64,000 nucleotides of DNA from positions 44,268,001 to 44,332,000 of the forward strand of contig CM060731.1 of the NCBI GenBank assembly GCA_030704615.1, read 5' to 3'. The notes below the pieces were generated by a model that was given only the letters and a program-made list of their open reading frames with translations, was not told where the DNA came from and made no database searches. The DNA is from Takakia lepidozioides. Its lineage: Eukaryota > Plantae > Bryophyta. This document shows, in pieces, positions 49,966-62,003 of the stretch (positions within the stretch are counted from its first letter, which is position 1; each line of letters starts with the position of its first letter). The position numbers were made by a program, and so were the translations under genes.

Positions 49966-52900
49966 TCACTTTATCTTTCCGTGAACATAATCTTTGAAGA
50001 TGAAGTGTTTTTCTGCGTGTTTCAATGCATACGCCAACAAGGCACTGATTGTTGCTCCGGCGGCTATAAGCAACCGAAGAGGTAGGGCCAACGACAATCC
50101 AGAGCACACCGCTAAGGCCATGGCCAGGACCAGGGCATGGCCGATAAATACTTTCTGCCAGAAACGGAATGACTCTAGTGCTTTTCTACAGGAGGCACAC
50201 TTGGTTGTGTGCGTGTCGAACCGATCCAAAATCTACATCAATCACAACGAGTCTGAATTAGTATGTGTTCTTAAATCACCAGCGAGAGGGAATATGCACA
50301 GGGCACCAAGAGGAAGGACCTATGTATACATGCAAACTGGTCATAGATTGGCATGACATAGTAGTGCTGAAGAGTTAAACGAATATCTCAAAAGTCAAGA
50401 TGAATTCCAAATTAGCACCTCACGTCTGGTCATGGTGACGATTTGACGAGGCTTGCTGTTAGGCGCCCATTCAACTTTGCCACCACCATAGCGGTGAAAC
50501 CAATTGCGGAATGCAAGCACAAAACGATCTGAGGAAGTGGGTGTGAATGTGACTTTGTTGTATACTTGTTCCTTCGCAGTTTCAACTCCCTTTTTCAGAA
50601 GTGCCCTTTCTTGGCCCGCAAGTAATGCCATATCCCCATCCAAAATATCATTTTGATTGCAATGCTCCATCCACCGTGGAAAAACCTGCAAGATTCCATA
50701 GCAGTTTCTTCTTTCACAATGAAATTTTTTGGTGGGCCACCAAAGTTTAGCTCCATATCATAACTAGGCATCATCAAATATCATGTGCAAGCTCGGTAAC
50801 ATTCTGACACAACAAGGAGCTTGCTCAAGGATATTGAACACGGTGCACCTTACTCCAAATGCCACCTATAAGTGGTTGGTTGGATGGAAGGCGTGTGCGG
50901 TATATAATCGAAATTATACGAACTAGCCCGGGAGCCACAGGAACTTCGAATAAACAATGGCGTTGTTGAACCCTCACTCCCCCAACAATTGGTATATTCA
51001 TGACAAATTCAGCCCTGAAAGATTCACATTCCCATTGTCAAAAAATATTCTTCGTTAATCTACGTAATGTCACATTTCAACCCATCCAGAGGAATGGAGA
51101 CTATCAAGCAACCAACCACGTGATCAACCCAACTTAACCTCATTGATGGGCATTTGAAGAGAAGAAGAAAACGAAGGGTTGGCTCTCACTTAACCATAAC
51201 GAAGCAAGGCGCACGAAATTCAAGCTCGAACCATGGCTCATCGGTGCCAGAAAAACCCCAGGGCGCAACTGGCGACACTAACTTGAGAGGCAAAGGTGAT
51301 GCGTCTTCCCTCCTTCCTGCAACCTGATCCCCATGCACCATGAAGTGGTTTCCTTCACAAGCAAGGCTTTCACTATCATGGCCATGTAATATGGTCGCAT
51401 ACGACGTAGTTGCGATTGATCTCCATCATTGTAGCATTAATTAATACCATTGATTGTAGGGTTAATCCTTGAAGGACCTAATGGACCTACCACTGACCCG
51501 GTTTCACTGATTTTTTTATAATTACTGGAAGTTTGAGACCCAGTAAATTGAACTGTATACAATAAACTTGGCAAAGACATGCGACAATTGAGTTCAAAAT
51601 GTCGAGTGGTTTTTCTTCGGAAATTCGTAGAAGTACTTCACTATTTGCATGCTTTTTAATGTTAGATGAAATATGACTGTAAGAGCTTTCAAAGAAACAT
51701 ATTTAGGGGTCAACCAGCCCACTCTCGACAGGGGACAGTAGCTGAAAGGTGAAGTAGCTCTCAGTTACGCTTGCCTTGACTATAAGAGTATTCTCTCTCT
51801 AGGGGTCATTCAGACCTACCTAGGGTTAATTACAGGCACCTAAAAGTGTGATCAACCTGAAACAAATCACTTGGTGCTTAGGGCTTAATCTAGTGCCACA
51901 ATGGCCTAGATCTTCCTGGTTTGGGAGAGGCTTGAACAATTGCTCATAAATCCTTCACCACTCGAGCTATTTGGGATCAAGCATACGGTAGTAATATGAC
52001 AATGTTCGGCAAAAACTTTTGGCAGGTTGGAATGACATTGACGATCATGTGACATGCACATGCTCCTAGTACGAGTGTAGATAGCCTTTAAGATCTATAC
52101 ATATCTTGTTAGTCGGTACCTACATAATCTCATTAGTATGTGCAACAATTACAGTGCGAGTGTGACAATGTACATGGGCCTTGTGAGAGCAGAGAGACCT
52201 TATGATGTGCGAAGTAGGGGTGGGCGGGGTCTACTACATTCTCCATGCTCACACTATAATCATAGAATGCATCTCGCATACAAGTAAGAGGAAAATTGTG
52301 TGGGTCCTCAAACGCTGAAGGCAACCTGCACCCCAGTCCGTCACAATTTTGGAATTATAATTTTGTATATAACAATGATAATAAACTCTAGAGCTACATA
52401 CATTTCATTGCAGGCATTTTGCATATCACCAACTCTATTCATGATCAATCTCTCAAACTATGGTTAACGCTTTGCAAAGATTATCGAAAACAAGCAATGT
52501 CATCTGAGGTTTGCATCCAAATCATTTGGCATTCAGTTCTACGCAACCTGATCCATCAGTTGAGAGGGAGGGGACTTGCGTCACAAAAATGCTCATCTTG
52601 GCAGTTCAAGGATGAGGAAGTGAAATCGTCTAGTTCATGTACATATATATGTCACTAGAAATGAAGTATACATTTGGAAACTGTAAGCAAGTAGATCAGC
52701 TTTTGTCGTTGAAGCTGTAGATTGGATTTCTGCCTTGATAAGTGCCCAACATACATGTGCAATTACATGGGAGAAATGAACAGAGTAAGATTGGCTTCAA
52801 ATATAATGTAATGAATTTTGCATTGGAAGAGGTCAAAATGTGTACTTTTGGGGCTCGGTAGTAGATGCCATCTCCCACCCATGCTCATCAGGCCACACAA

Positions 52901-54279
52901 ACAGTAGGCCCTGAGAAACTTGTGTAGGGAAGGACACAGCACAAGCACGTGGAGAAAACTGTGCGTGGGTCTCCGGTCCCTTGGATGCTGCTTGCGGAAT
53001 ACCGCCACAATTGCCATCGCCGTTGAACGCCCATCCGTGGTATGAACACTGCAGTTGCCCTGTCTCATTCACCCTTCCTTCCTGTCCATTCCAAAAAACG
53101 TAGTCAGTAAGCTAATGAATACCTTGAGCATTGTCCCCATTCCTATTGTCATTTCAAGCCATCTTTGATGTGGCATCTTTGATGTAGTTTCTAAGGCCTA
53201 GGTCATAGTCATCCACAAGGATTGCAGATTGATTAACTAGTGCTAGCTCTAAAGCACATGAAGTGAGGAAGACTTAATCAATAGAACTTGTATATATGTA
53301 TGGCTCCCGGTTGATTTTGTGAGCTTGCAGACTTCAGATAAGCTAGATTTTAAAATGTTAAGTGATTGGATGCTCGAGGTAATGTAGATAGATTATACGA
53401 AAATAGATCTAATCCTGCATTCAATCGGAAGCATGCAATAGAAGAACACACCATCATGTACCAATCTTTTATGTTCAAGTAACCAAAACATTTAAGAAGG
53501 GGAGGAGTAGTATACGTGCAAAAGAATATAGAAAAGTACTTGCAAGCAACGCAATAACTATAAATGATTTAATCACGCGTAACTTACAGACAAGGGAGCA
53601 AGTCTATGCGGACACTCATCAAGAAATGCTCTCCATGTTTTGTCTACATCTCGCCATAGCACGAGCTCCCGACCCAACAGCTGCACAAACTAGGATCCAA
53701 GTCCTCCACAGGCGACACTGGATACCAATAGTTTTTCCACACAAATGGCTCCACACTTGGTTGTGTCTCCTCCCCCCTTTCCAAAGGCATGTTGTAATCT
53801 GTACCCCCAATGGATTTGTCTTTCTCTACAAACACAGTGGGACTTGGGGTAGGAAATGGATCATGAGCAATAGTAGCCAGAATGGTGCCATCATTTCGAT
53901 GGACTCCATCCATCGTTGAGTTTGCCTTCGAAGCTTGCAAATACTCCTCATGTCCATGACCCTTTACATGGGCAGTTGACGTAGATTTCAAGGAGCGGAT
54001 CCTCCTAGACTCTCCAATTCTGAAATTGTGGTCCACGAATCTATAGGCTTGAAGAGAAGTAGCCATGAGAGTTCCACTTGACTTCCTCCCTTGTCGCTCA
54101 CCAACTTTAACCGCAAACTTGAAGCTCACTGTCGCAACAAGGGTCTCACAGCGAGAGCCACATGTTTGCATGGCATAATCACTAAGTTGCATTGGCATTG
54201 TGGATTGAGATGTTACTGACATTGCAGAGGATAAGCTTAGAGCATTGAGAAGTCGAACAACTGATGCTGTAGTTGCCAT
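49966..54279 (-). pseudogene. Pheophorbide a oxygenase (PAO/ACD1/LLS1)-like Rieske oxygenase, divergent, with a frameshift in exon 1
   Basis: Transit-peptide-like N-terminus; WYPVSPVEDLDP / frameshift / VQLLGRELVLW..DECPHRLAPLS|EGR..LQCSYHGW (Rieske); MENVVDPAHPYFAHHK (mononuclear Fe); DGDM; FTPTSSDRFVLAFRNW; DRFDTHTTKCASC; C-terminal TM helices. About 7 exons with GT-AG sites. Confidence 0.85.
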
Positions 54280-54733
54280 TGCAATGCTTACTCGTTATCG
54301 ATCACTCGTACTAGTATTAACATAAACATAAAATTACGTCTGTTGTCTTTTTCAGAAACAGAGTGATGCTCTTTCACCAAAAAAAACAGAACCATACAGG
54401 TGTTCTCTCAAAGAATGTAAGCAAGTTGCTACTCCCTCTCAAACTGAAGAGTGACTAATACAGTTTTGGGTTATGTACTCTTACAAATAGAGCTTGGCAC
54501 CCTTTGAAAGGTCAGTCGAAGTCCTATCTTCCTATTAGCTGAAGTCATCTTTGGACTAAAAAGGGAGCTCGTGCCCCTAGAAAATATGGTTTTACGCTAT
54601 TGACTGTCCAGACAAGATAAGATTGGTTTGACCCGCAACCACTTGTATACAGTATGACTAGTGCTTGGCCCCTATTGACTTATGAGTCATGGTACTGCCA
54701 TATGGCACACTCTATTTTTCTATGAGCATTTGT

Positions 54734-56330
54734 ACTAGGGAACGGGCCGCGTTGGCCGATTCTGCCCTGTAAGCGGCCTTTGGGCGAGCCCTATGGCCGC
54801 GCACAGGGCAGAATCGGCCAACGCGGCCCGTTCACTGGCGTTAAAAGCAGGTGTGGCGGATTCTCGCCGCTACGTGGCGCAATATGATTGAGGTTCGATT
54901 ATCCCATATCGATTGCCCAGATTCAGAGCCCTGGAGAAGATATAAAGGGGGCGAGGCTCAAAGGAAGGAGGGAGGGTTGATGGCTGATGACATTGGGCTC
55001 AGTGGTAGGTTAGCCATCCTCTGTGTGTAATGGGCCATCCCTGCTGACTGCCCTTGGTTGCCGATGCGGCCTGAGAATTAGGGCAATGGGGTGTGTTTGG
55101 CCGATTTTGCCCTCTAAGCGGTCTAAGCGGCCTTCCGTTAGGGCGAGCCCTATGGCCGCACATAGGGCAAGGTCGGCCAATCGCGGCCCGTTCACTGGCA
55201 TTAAAAGCAGGTGTGGTGGATTCTCGCCGCTATGTGGCGCAATATGATTGAGGTTTGATTATCCCATATCGATTGCCCAGATTCAGAGGAAGGAGGGAGG
55301 GTTGATGGCTGATGACATTGGGCTCGGTGGTAGGATTGCCATCCTCTGTGTGTAATCGGCCATCCCTGCCGACTGCCCTTGGTTGCCGATGCGGCCTGAG
55401 AATTAGGCCGAAAAAGTGGAAGAATCTGCCACACCTGCTTCTAACGTACTAGAGAATGGGTTGTGTTTGGCCGATTTTGCCCTCTAAGCGGCCTTCCGTC
55501 AGGGCGAGCCCTATGGCCGCACATAGGGCAATCGCGGCCCGTTCACTAGCATTAAAAGCAGGTCTGGCGGATTCTCGCCGCTATGTGGTGCAATATGATT
55601 GAGGTTTGATTATCCCATATCGATTGCCCAGATTCAGAGCCCCGGAGAGGATATAAACGGGGCAAGCCTCAGGGGAAGGCGGGCGGGTTGATGGCCGATA
55701 GACATGGGCCTCGGGTCTGTTGTCCTCTATGCGCAATCGGCCATCCCTGCCGATTCTGCCCTAAGTGGCCGATTAGGGAACAAGAGATAGTCGCCCTAAT
55801 GATTGTCATAAAGTAACAATCAGGAAAGGTCTGCAGCTCATCAATCCATTCCAAAGTGATCTTGGTGGGGTTCTGCACAAAGGCTGGAAAATCAACATGG
55901 TAATCAACGGATAGTGTATGCACAAACCAGTAAGCATACTGGACAATGAGAGAGGGAAGATACTTTTGTCAGGTCAAGACAAGGACAAGACCCCTAGGGT
56001 TGTTGTCAGGAAGAATAAGAATAATGAGACATATCAGCCACTTTTCAATGGCACCATCCATCAATCACCAAGCTGGAAAATCCAGAATTACCTCCATGCC
56101 CAATAATGTGTTCATGCCAATAATCTTCATAACCCAGAGAGTAAGTAAAAATACTGATTGACCACCAGTCATAATCAGGATATACATTCAGAGGTCTGGG
56201 TGGGATGGTGGGCACTTTGCCACACTTTGCCCTTAATGTGTTGCACGTCAGTTGGTCACACATTTTTTACAACGAAGGCTTGAAAATCAGGCCGAAAAAG
56301 TGGCAGAATCCGCCACACCTACTTTTAATG
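54734..56330 (-). mobile_element. Head-to-tail Helitron2/Helentron-like non-autonomous elements (54734-55446, 55447-56330) with ~360-bp internal repeats
   Basis: CTAG terminus; perfect 31-bp inverted repeat 54740-54770 / 54803-54833; asymmetric inverted repeat TTAAAAGCAGGTGTGGCGGATTCT (~54841) vs AGAATCCGCCACACCTACTTTTAA (~56305, also ~55421). Confidence 0.55.
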
Positions 56331-56479
56331 AAATCAAAATACATCAGTATATCCAATTGCCCTCCAAAGGATCGCCCCTGGAGGTAATAATCATGGGTGG
56401 TTTCACAGAGCCCTTTCCATTCACTCTGATGTTGTATTTACCATTGCAATGCTTACTTGTTGTCAATCAGTACTATTAA

Positions 56480-57251
56480 CCCCAAAAGGACGACGCGACC
56501 CGCGTCGGATTACTTGCCACGCTCCCATTCCCATGGATGATAGTGGATGGAAGTGAACCTTGAAAATGAATTGTAGATGTCAGATAGGAGCACTCGTGGG
56601 AATTTACAGCGCCAAAAAATCATAAAAGTTGTGCTCCCTAGAATTTTGCAAAGTGCCAAGGTTAGAGCACCATTGACCTGCCTGCGTGGCAGTCAAATGG
56701 GCAATGTTCAAGATAACATCTAGGGCTGAAAATTTATCATAATGCCAAAAACTTTGGACAAGGCACCATGAAATGTTACTGTGCACTTACTTACCAGAGG
56801 AATTGGAAAAAAAATGTCACCTCATGGGTGTATTTGGGATAGAAGCCAAAACAAGATAATTTGCCCCCCAAGATTTCACATACAAAGCAGCCCCCCAATA
56901 TTTTTGGCATTTTGGTCTGAGATTCTGGGAGATAACCTGTTGGTTGCCCCTTATCCGGATTCTGGAGCCATTTCTTCAAGAAAAAATGTAAAATCACCAA
57001 ACTTGCATGGTCAATTTTTCCTCTCTTTTTTTGTTCATGGTTTCAACTTGGCCAATTTTCTTTTGTTATAATCTACTAAATGGAACGGTCAAAAATGCTA
57101 CAATTTTTTGAGGACCTTCATGTAGTAGGTAGGGATGAAATGGAACGGTCCATCCAGCTGGATGTAAGGGGGTAGGAAGTTACAGCTCAGCAATGGAGGG
57201 TATTGCCCACTTTTTGGGAAAACTCCCAAAAGTTAGCTAGTCCTTTAGGGG
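56480..57251. mobile_element. piggyBac-like MITE (772 bp) with TTAA target-site duplication
   Basis: TTAA(56476-79)-CCCCAAAAGGAC ... GTCCTTTAGGGG-TTAA(57252-55), an 11/12 TIR. The joined flanks match the uninterrupted sequence around TTAA 54317-54320. Confidence 0.85.
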
Positions 57252-58028
57252 TTAACACAAACACAAAATTAGTTTATCAGAAATAGAGTGATGCTCTCTC
57301 ACAAAAAAATAGAACACCACGGGATTGCAGCAGTGTTGTGCGGGTATATTGTTTTAGCCATACCCTCCGGGTCCGGGCAAGAAGAAATACTATATTTCCA
57401 AATTATATTTACCCTCCGGGTATGGGTATATTACTGCTGGTAGAATCTGAAGGGTATAAATAAATAATAAAACTCCTCATTTATACCCTGAGGTATAAAT
57501 AAATGTCGGGTATAGTTAAATAGGTATATTTCTATTGTTTATCTAGTTTATAATATATATACTCCACCTTTTTTCCTTTTTTTCTTTTTTTTGTTTTTTT
57601 GTTTTTCCGTTCGTGATATGATAGCCAGGCCATACAGGGTGTGGGCTCCGTTGGGTGGTGCGTCTGGGAAATGATTTGAGTTGAACCAGCCAGTGGCCCC
57701 TCATTGGCCGGGTTTAAACACATGCCATAATATGAGCGGCCAAAATCGTTTTGTATTTGTATTTGTATTTGTTGGCATTGGGACTTCATCTGGTTGCATG
57801 TGCCAAGTGAGGTGACGAATCTCACTTGGGATGCGAAAAGGCTCATCTCCACGTGAGGCTCAGGAAGACTCGTCTTCTTCTAGTTGAGTGTAGAATAAAA
57901 CTAAGATCAATCCTAAAAGAAAAGATCAATGAGTTCTAAGGTTCGTTCGCTGGGGAAAGCACTATACGACTAATTCATAATGATGCCAGACTATTCTATC
58001 TCTCTCTACTCCTTCTTTGAAACAATTT

Positions 58029-58331
58029 CTACCAACAGTCATCTTCATCTAACACGATCATCATTCTTCCAGATTCATGAATATTCCCTCCATCTTCTAT
58101 TAACTCTGCTCCATCAGCTAAAATCAAATACCATTGCTCCACTATATTCTTCCTCCAATAATCTCTCTGATACAAAGTCAACAGCTCTCGATACCATTCT
58201 TTACTGACTAACCATAGATTGATTATCTCCTTGTCGCTACATTGTAACATTTTAAGGATATCTAGAGACAAACTATGAGGCAGTCCAATAATCAATTCTA
58301 CATGATATACTAGTTGTTCTCCTTTACACAT
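58029..58331 (-). CDS. Small F-box-domain protein (100 aa) inside the LTR-like module
   Basis: ELIIGLPHSLSLDILKML....INLWLVSKEWY matches the F-box pattern L..LP.....IL..L......L..VSK.W. The ORF is open with an ATG start. Confidence 0.6.
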   Translation of the reverse strand: MCKGEQLVYHVELIIGLPHSLSLDILKMLQCSDKEIINLWLVSKEWYRELLTLYQRDYWRKNIVEQWYLILADGAELIEDGGNIHESGRMMIVLDEDDCW

Positions 58332-58344
58332 CGTCAGTGCTCAT

Positions 58345-58655
58345 TCTTCACCACCAATTCTGTTTCTCAAGTCGTTCCAGGGATTTCCCCTCACCAAAGT
58401 TATGATTCCATTCTCTCATAAGTTCAGGATAGCCTTTAAATGGTCTATACCACTTCTGCAACCAACTATGCTTCCAATAACAACTCCGGTATAGAATGGA
58501 TATCTCCCTATACCATCATTTATTGACCAATTGCAATAAGAATACTCTTTATCACTACAACAAAGCTTCTGAAAGATTGTTATTGATAAATGATCTGGTA
58601 ATCCAGAGATCAATTCCGACACTTCCTTTATTCCTTCATCATTCCTCTCTGCCAT
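58345..58655 (-). pseudogene. Second, frameshifted F-box mini-ORF paralog
   Basis: ELISGLPDHLSITIFQKLCCSDKE, then after a frameshift FLLQLVNK*WYREISILYRSCYWKHSWLQKWY. This aligns with INLWLVSKEWYRELLTLYQRDYWRKNIVEQWY of the neighbouring ORF. Confidence 0.6.
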
Positions 58656-59467
58656 GCAAATGATTTTAATTCACTGTTTCACTCCTATCATGAACCCAAT
58701 TGGAAACTCTCTCTGTCTTCGTTTCCTTAATCTGCTCCTTCTGCGCTTTGCATATCTCTCTATCGATATTTCTCTTGATAGACCAGAAACTGATTCTCAC
58801 ATCGAATTCTTTATCTGTTTCATTTATGCGTATTCTCATCATCTTATATAGTCATGGTTCTACAGTTCTTACCCACAGAAACACATTCTCATTCCATCAC
58901 TCCATTCTTCACACGTACACAAAGTGAATTGCACTTCCTTTTTCTTCTCCTTCTCATTCATAAATCACAACACTGCAAGAACGCAGTACTAAATCTACCA
59001 TTGCAGAATAACTCTATAGTATACCTCTTACTCACTCTACTCCCGGTCACGGCTCTCTAGCTCAATTGACACTTTCTTCTTCCCATTAACGCTTTATATA
59101 GCAGGGCACTTCAATAACTGTAATAACCGCTCAAGCTTCTTCATCCATCCTTTACAATTATTCATCCATTTCTTCTATCATTCAGTCCAAGATAGACTAT
59201 CGACTGTATACAAGATATCGAAGAACATTGCCCTATCGCAGCAATATCGAAGGTATCGTAGGCTATATCGATAAGAAAAATATTAAAAATTTCTGAAAAT
59301 TATCATTAAGTCAGAAATTCCTATTATTCTACAATATAGCCCCACTCCCAATTGTGTAGCGCCCTCGCAAACACTATCTTCTGCAACTAATTTCTTGGCC
59401 GCTTCTCCCGCCTCCCCTCTAACTCATGTGACCGACGATGGTCACACTCATCCCCTTCCTTCTGGAA

Positions 59468-61231
59468 CTACTTGAACGTCATATAGGGGTGGTATCGCGA
59501 AGGCCCCCAATCATCATACATAGCATAATCTGCACACTGGAGAAATCCAGTCAAGCACATCAATTCTAACACCCGCATTTCCCTTGTCGGGTGATGCAAT
59601 AGCTTGGCTACTATCCCGAATTCATGTCCCCCCAACATAGGCCTGTTAACATCAACAACAACATGGTAGTAATGACACCACTTAGCCAAAACCCCGCAAA
59701 AAATGACTGCCATAAAACACAAAGGATCGAAATGATTCGCATGCAGCCCCTGAAAGGATTTGTACGCTGTCTCGCAATAGTCCGCACTGCTGAACTCTCC
59801 CGGAATTAACGGCCAATTGTAAGGTAAGGACTTCAAGTACTCATTCTCGTGCCATTGACCACGACGCGCACACATGCATACATCAAATCAGCCTATAATA
59901 TTCCGTGGCCACGGTCCACTGATTGGTGTCAATCAAGTGCCCATCTTCAAAATCGATTCTCCCGTTGCAGTGTGGCCATAGTCTTGCCCCATCCATAACA
60001 ATACTTCCCAACATGGCAGCACCTTATCGTCAGAATCCGCATAGACCTTCTCCGTTCTGCCCAAAAACTCTGAGTACTCCCAGTTAGTAGGAAAGTGACA
60101 TCGTTCGAATATCGCAAAGCCCACCTGCGAAACTTGTGTAGCACTGGGTTGATTGATTTACAAATCCTCCATCCATTTGGCCGTCAATAACTCTGGTCAA
60201 GTTTTTGCTTCCATCCACTTGCTTATCCTTTGCTGAATTGCAATCTGCGTCCAGACATAGGGGGATCCATGTAAACACTCCGGAACCAGCCGATACCTAC
60301 GATGAGCTCTCTCCAACATCGTATGAAACTGGGCCTCGTCCAACACTTGAGCTACCAGAGGTTGCACCATATCCAGGTACCTTGGCAACAGTTTGTCATC
60401 TAGCCTTGGAATAGCAAAAAGAAGACCACAAGCATGTACTCGATTCCAGTGTCTATCGTGGAGGTAAGATTGTCAAAATGCCTCCAGTCTATCTTCCAAC
60501 TGTTTATAATACAAAAAACAGCGACTGGCAGGATCTCCAACAATAAACAAAAACTGTTCTGGATGGGCGACTGCCACGTCTCCCCTCACCACCATCTCCA
60601 CGGCCACATTCTCCATGTGATAGTTGCACAGGTCTTCCCACTCTGCCTCCAAATCAATCGGCTCCTCTCCACCATTGAAAAGCAATTGTAAAATAGTACT
60701 ATCATACAAGTATCCTTGACCAAGGCTCTGAGCATAACATACCTCATGCCATCCCTGCAAAACGTTGAGTCCAACGATTTATGCAGGTCTTATCGTCTCT
60801 CTGAACTATTGTAACTCGGACATTTGTGCCTTCATGGTCTGTTCCATCACATCCATCTCCCCTTGCTGCTCAGCGCGATAAGAATCAAATTCCTGCTGCA
60901 AAACTACATATCGTTCCTCAGGATTGACTATGGCAGTAGGTTGTTTCCCCATCTCTGCTACTTGCTTGGTAATCTCTACCAACTGACTCTCCAATTCACT
61001 GACACGAGCCTCTTTTGACCTCATCTGCTCTGCCTGTGTAGCAATGATTGCATCATTTTCAACAATAGCCTGCTGCTGACAAGCCTCTTTCATCTTCCAC
61101 TGATCCTGGAATTTGTGGAGTTTTGTCGAGCGGCTTTTATTCACCCATCCATTCGCTATCCGAGGTGGAAACTCCAAGATAGAAGAGTTGGATATCTCTA
61201 AGCACTCAGCCCGCTCAGAACAATCAATCAT
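59468..61231 (-). pseudogene. ORF-B: ~588-codon unknown protein (N-terminal coiled coil plus aromatic-rich globular region) broken by in-frame stops
   Basis: ORFs starting at 61231, 60760, 60388, 60124 and 59875 are all in one frame, ending just before a PPT-like tract. Confidence 0.7.
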
Positions 61232-61747
61232 GACGTGCAGCTAGTGAATCATGGTTGTGCTTCCTATTTGTATTCCTTCCTGCCTTCATGTTATCAATTT
61301 ACCTTACCGTGTATACTGAAGCATCAGATTGCTTCAGTATCTATTAAGTTCCAGTTAATCATGCATTCATTCCACAGCTTCTCTCGTGTCTCTCTACACA
61401 ATATGTTTGTATCGATTCAGTATTGGATTAAGATTAATCATGTATCATGCCTATGCCATGGTGTCTCTATTCTATCCTACTGTATAATTCTACAACTTGC
61501 ATGAACTACGCCTCATTCAAGTCATCATCTCCTCTTCATTGTTTTCCGCTCTCCGTTACGTATCTTCTTCTCTTCTACAAGTCGCCCTCCTCCAGAAGTG
61601 ATCCCCTTCTCGTTGCCGCTCTCCTAATCTACCCGCAAGCTGTTCTAACCACCTAACTAACTAATCGTCACCCCTGAAGTAACACGTTCCCTCTACAGAT
61701 GTCGTTCTCTCATAGTCGTTCCCTGTCAATGATAACTGTTCCCCATG

Positions 61748-61848
61748 TACTGTGACAGGCTGTGTCAAGCTGTGCCGAGCTGTGACTGACTGTGTAAAGC
61801 TGTGTCGGGCTGTGACTGGCTGTGCGAAGCTGTGGCGGGCTGTGTAAC
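61748..61848 (+). repeat. 10-bp GCTGTG-core tandem repeat
   Basis: CTGTGACAGGCTGTGTCAAGCTGTGCCGAGCTGTGACTGA..., about 10 units, resembling the array at 590-1030. Confidence 0.85.
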
Positions 61849-62003
61849 CCCCCTAAAGCCTGCTGCTGCCACCCCTAAAGCTCCTGTTGGTTTCATTCTA
61901 CGCAAAAATTAAGGGTACCCCATAGAACCCGTAAAAGCGTCTAAGTCCCAATCAGCCCTCTAACATTACCCCTCCCCCTCTCAAAAAGTCGTGTCCTCAC
62001 GGT

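Noticed and set aside
57330-57540. hAT-like terminus (CAGTGTTGTG) with ATACCC repeats
   Set aside because: No partner TIR or 8-bp TSD found.
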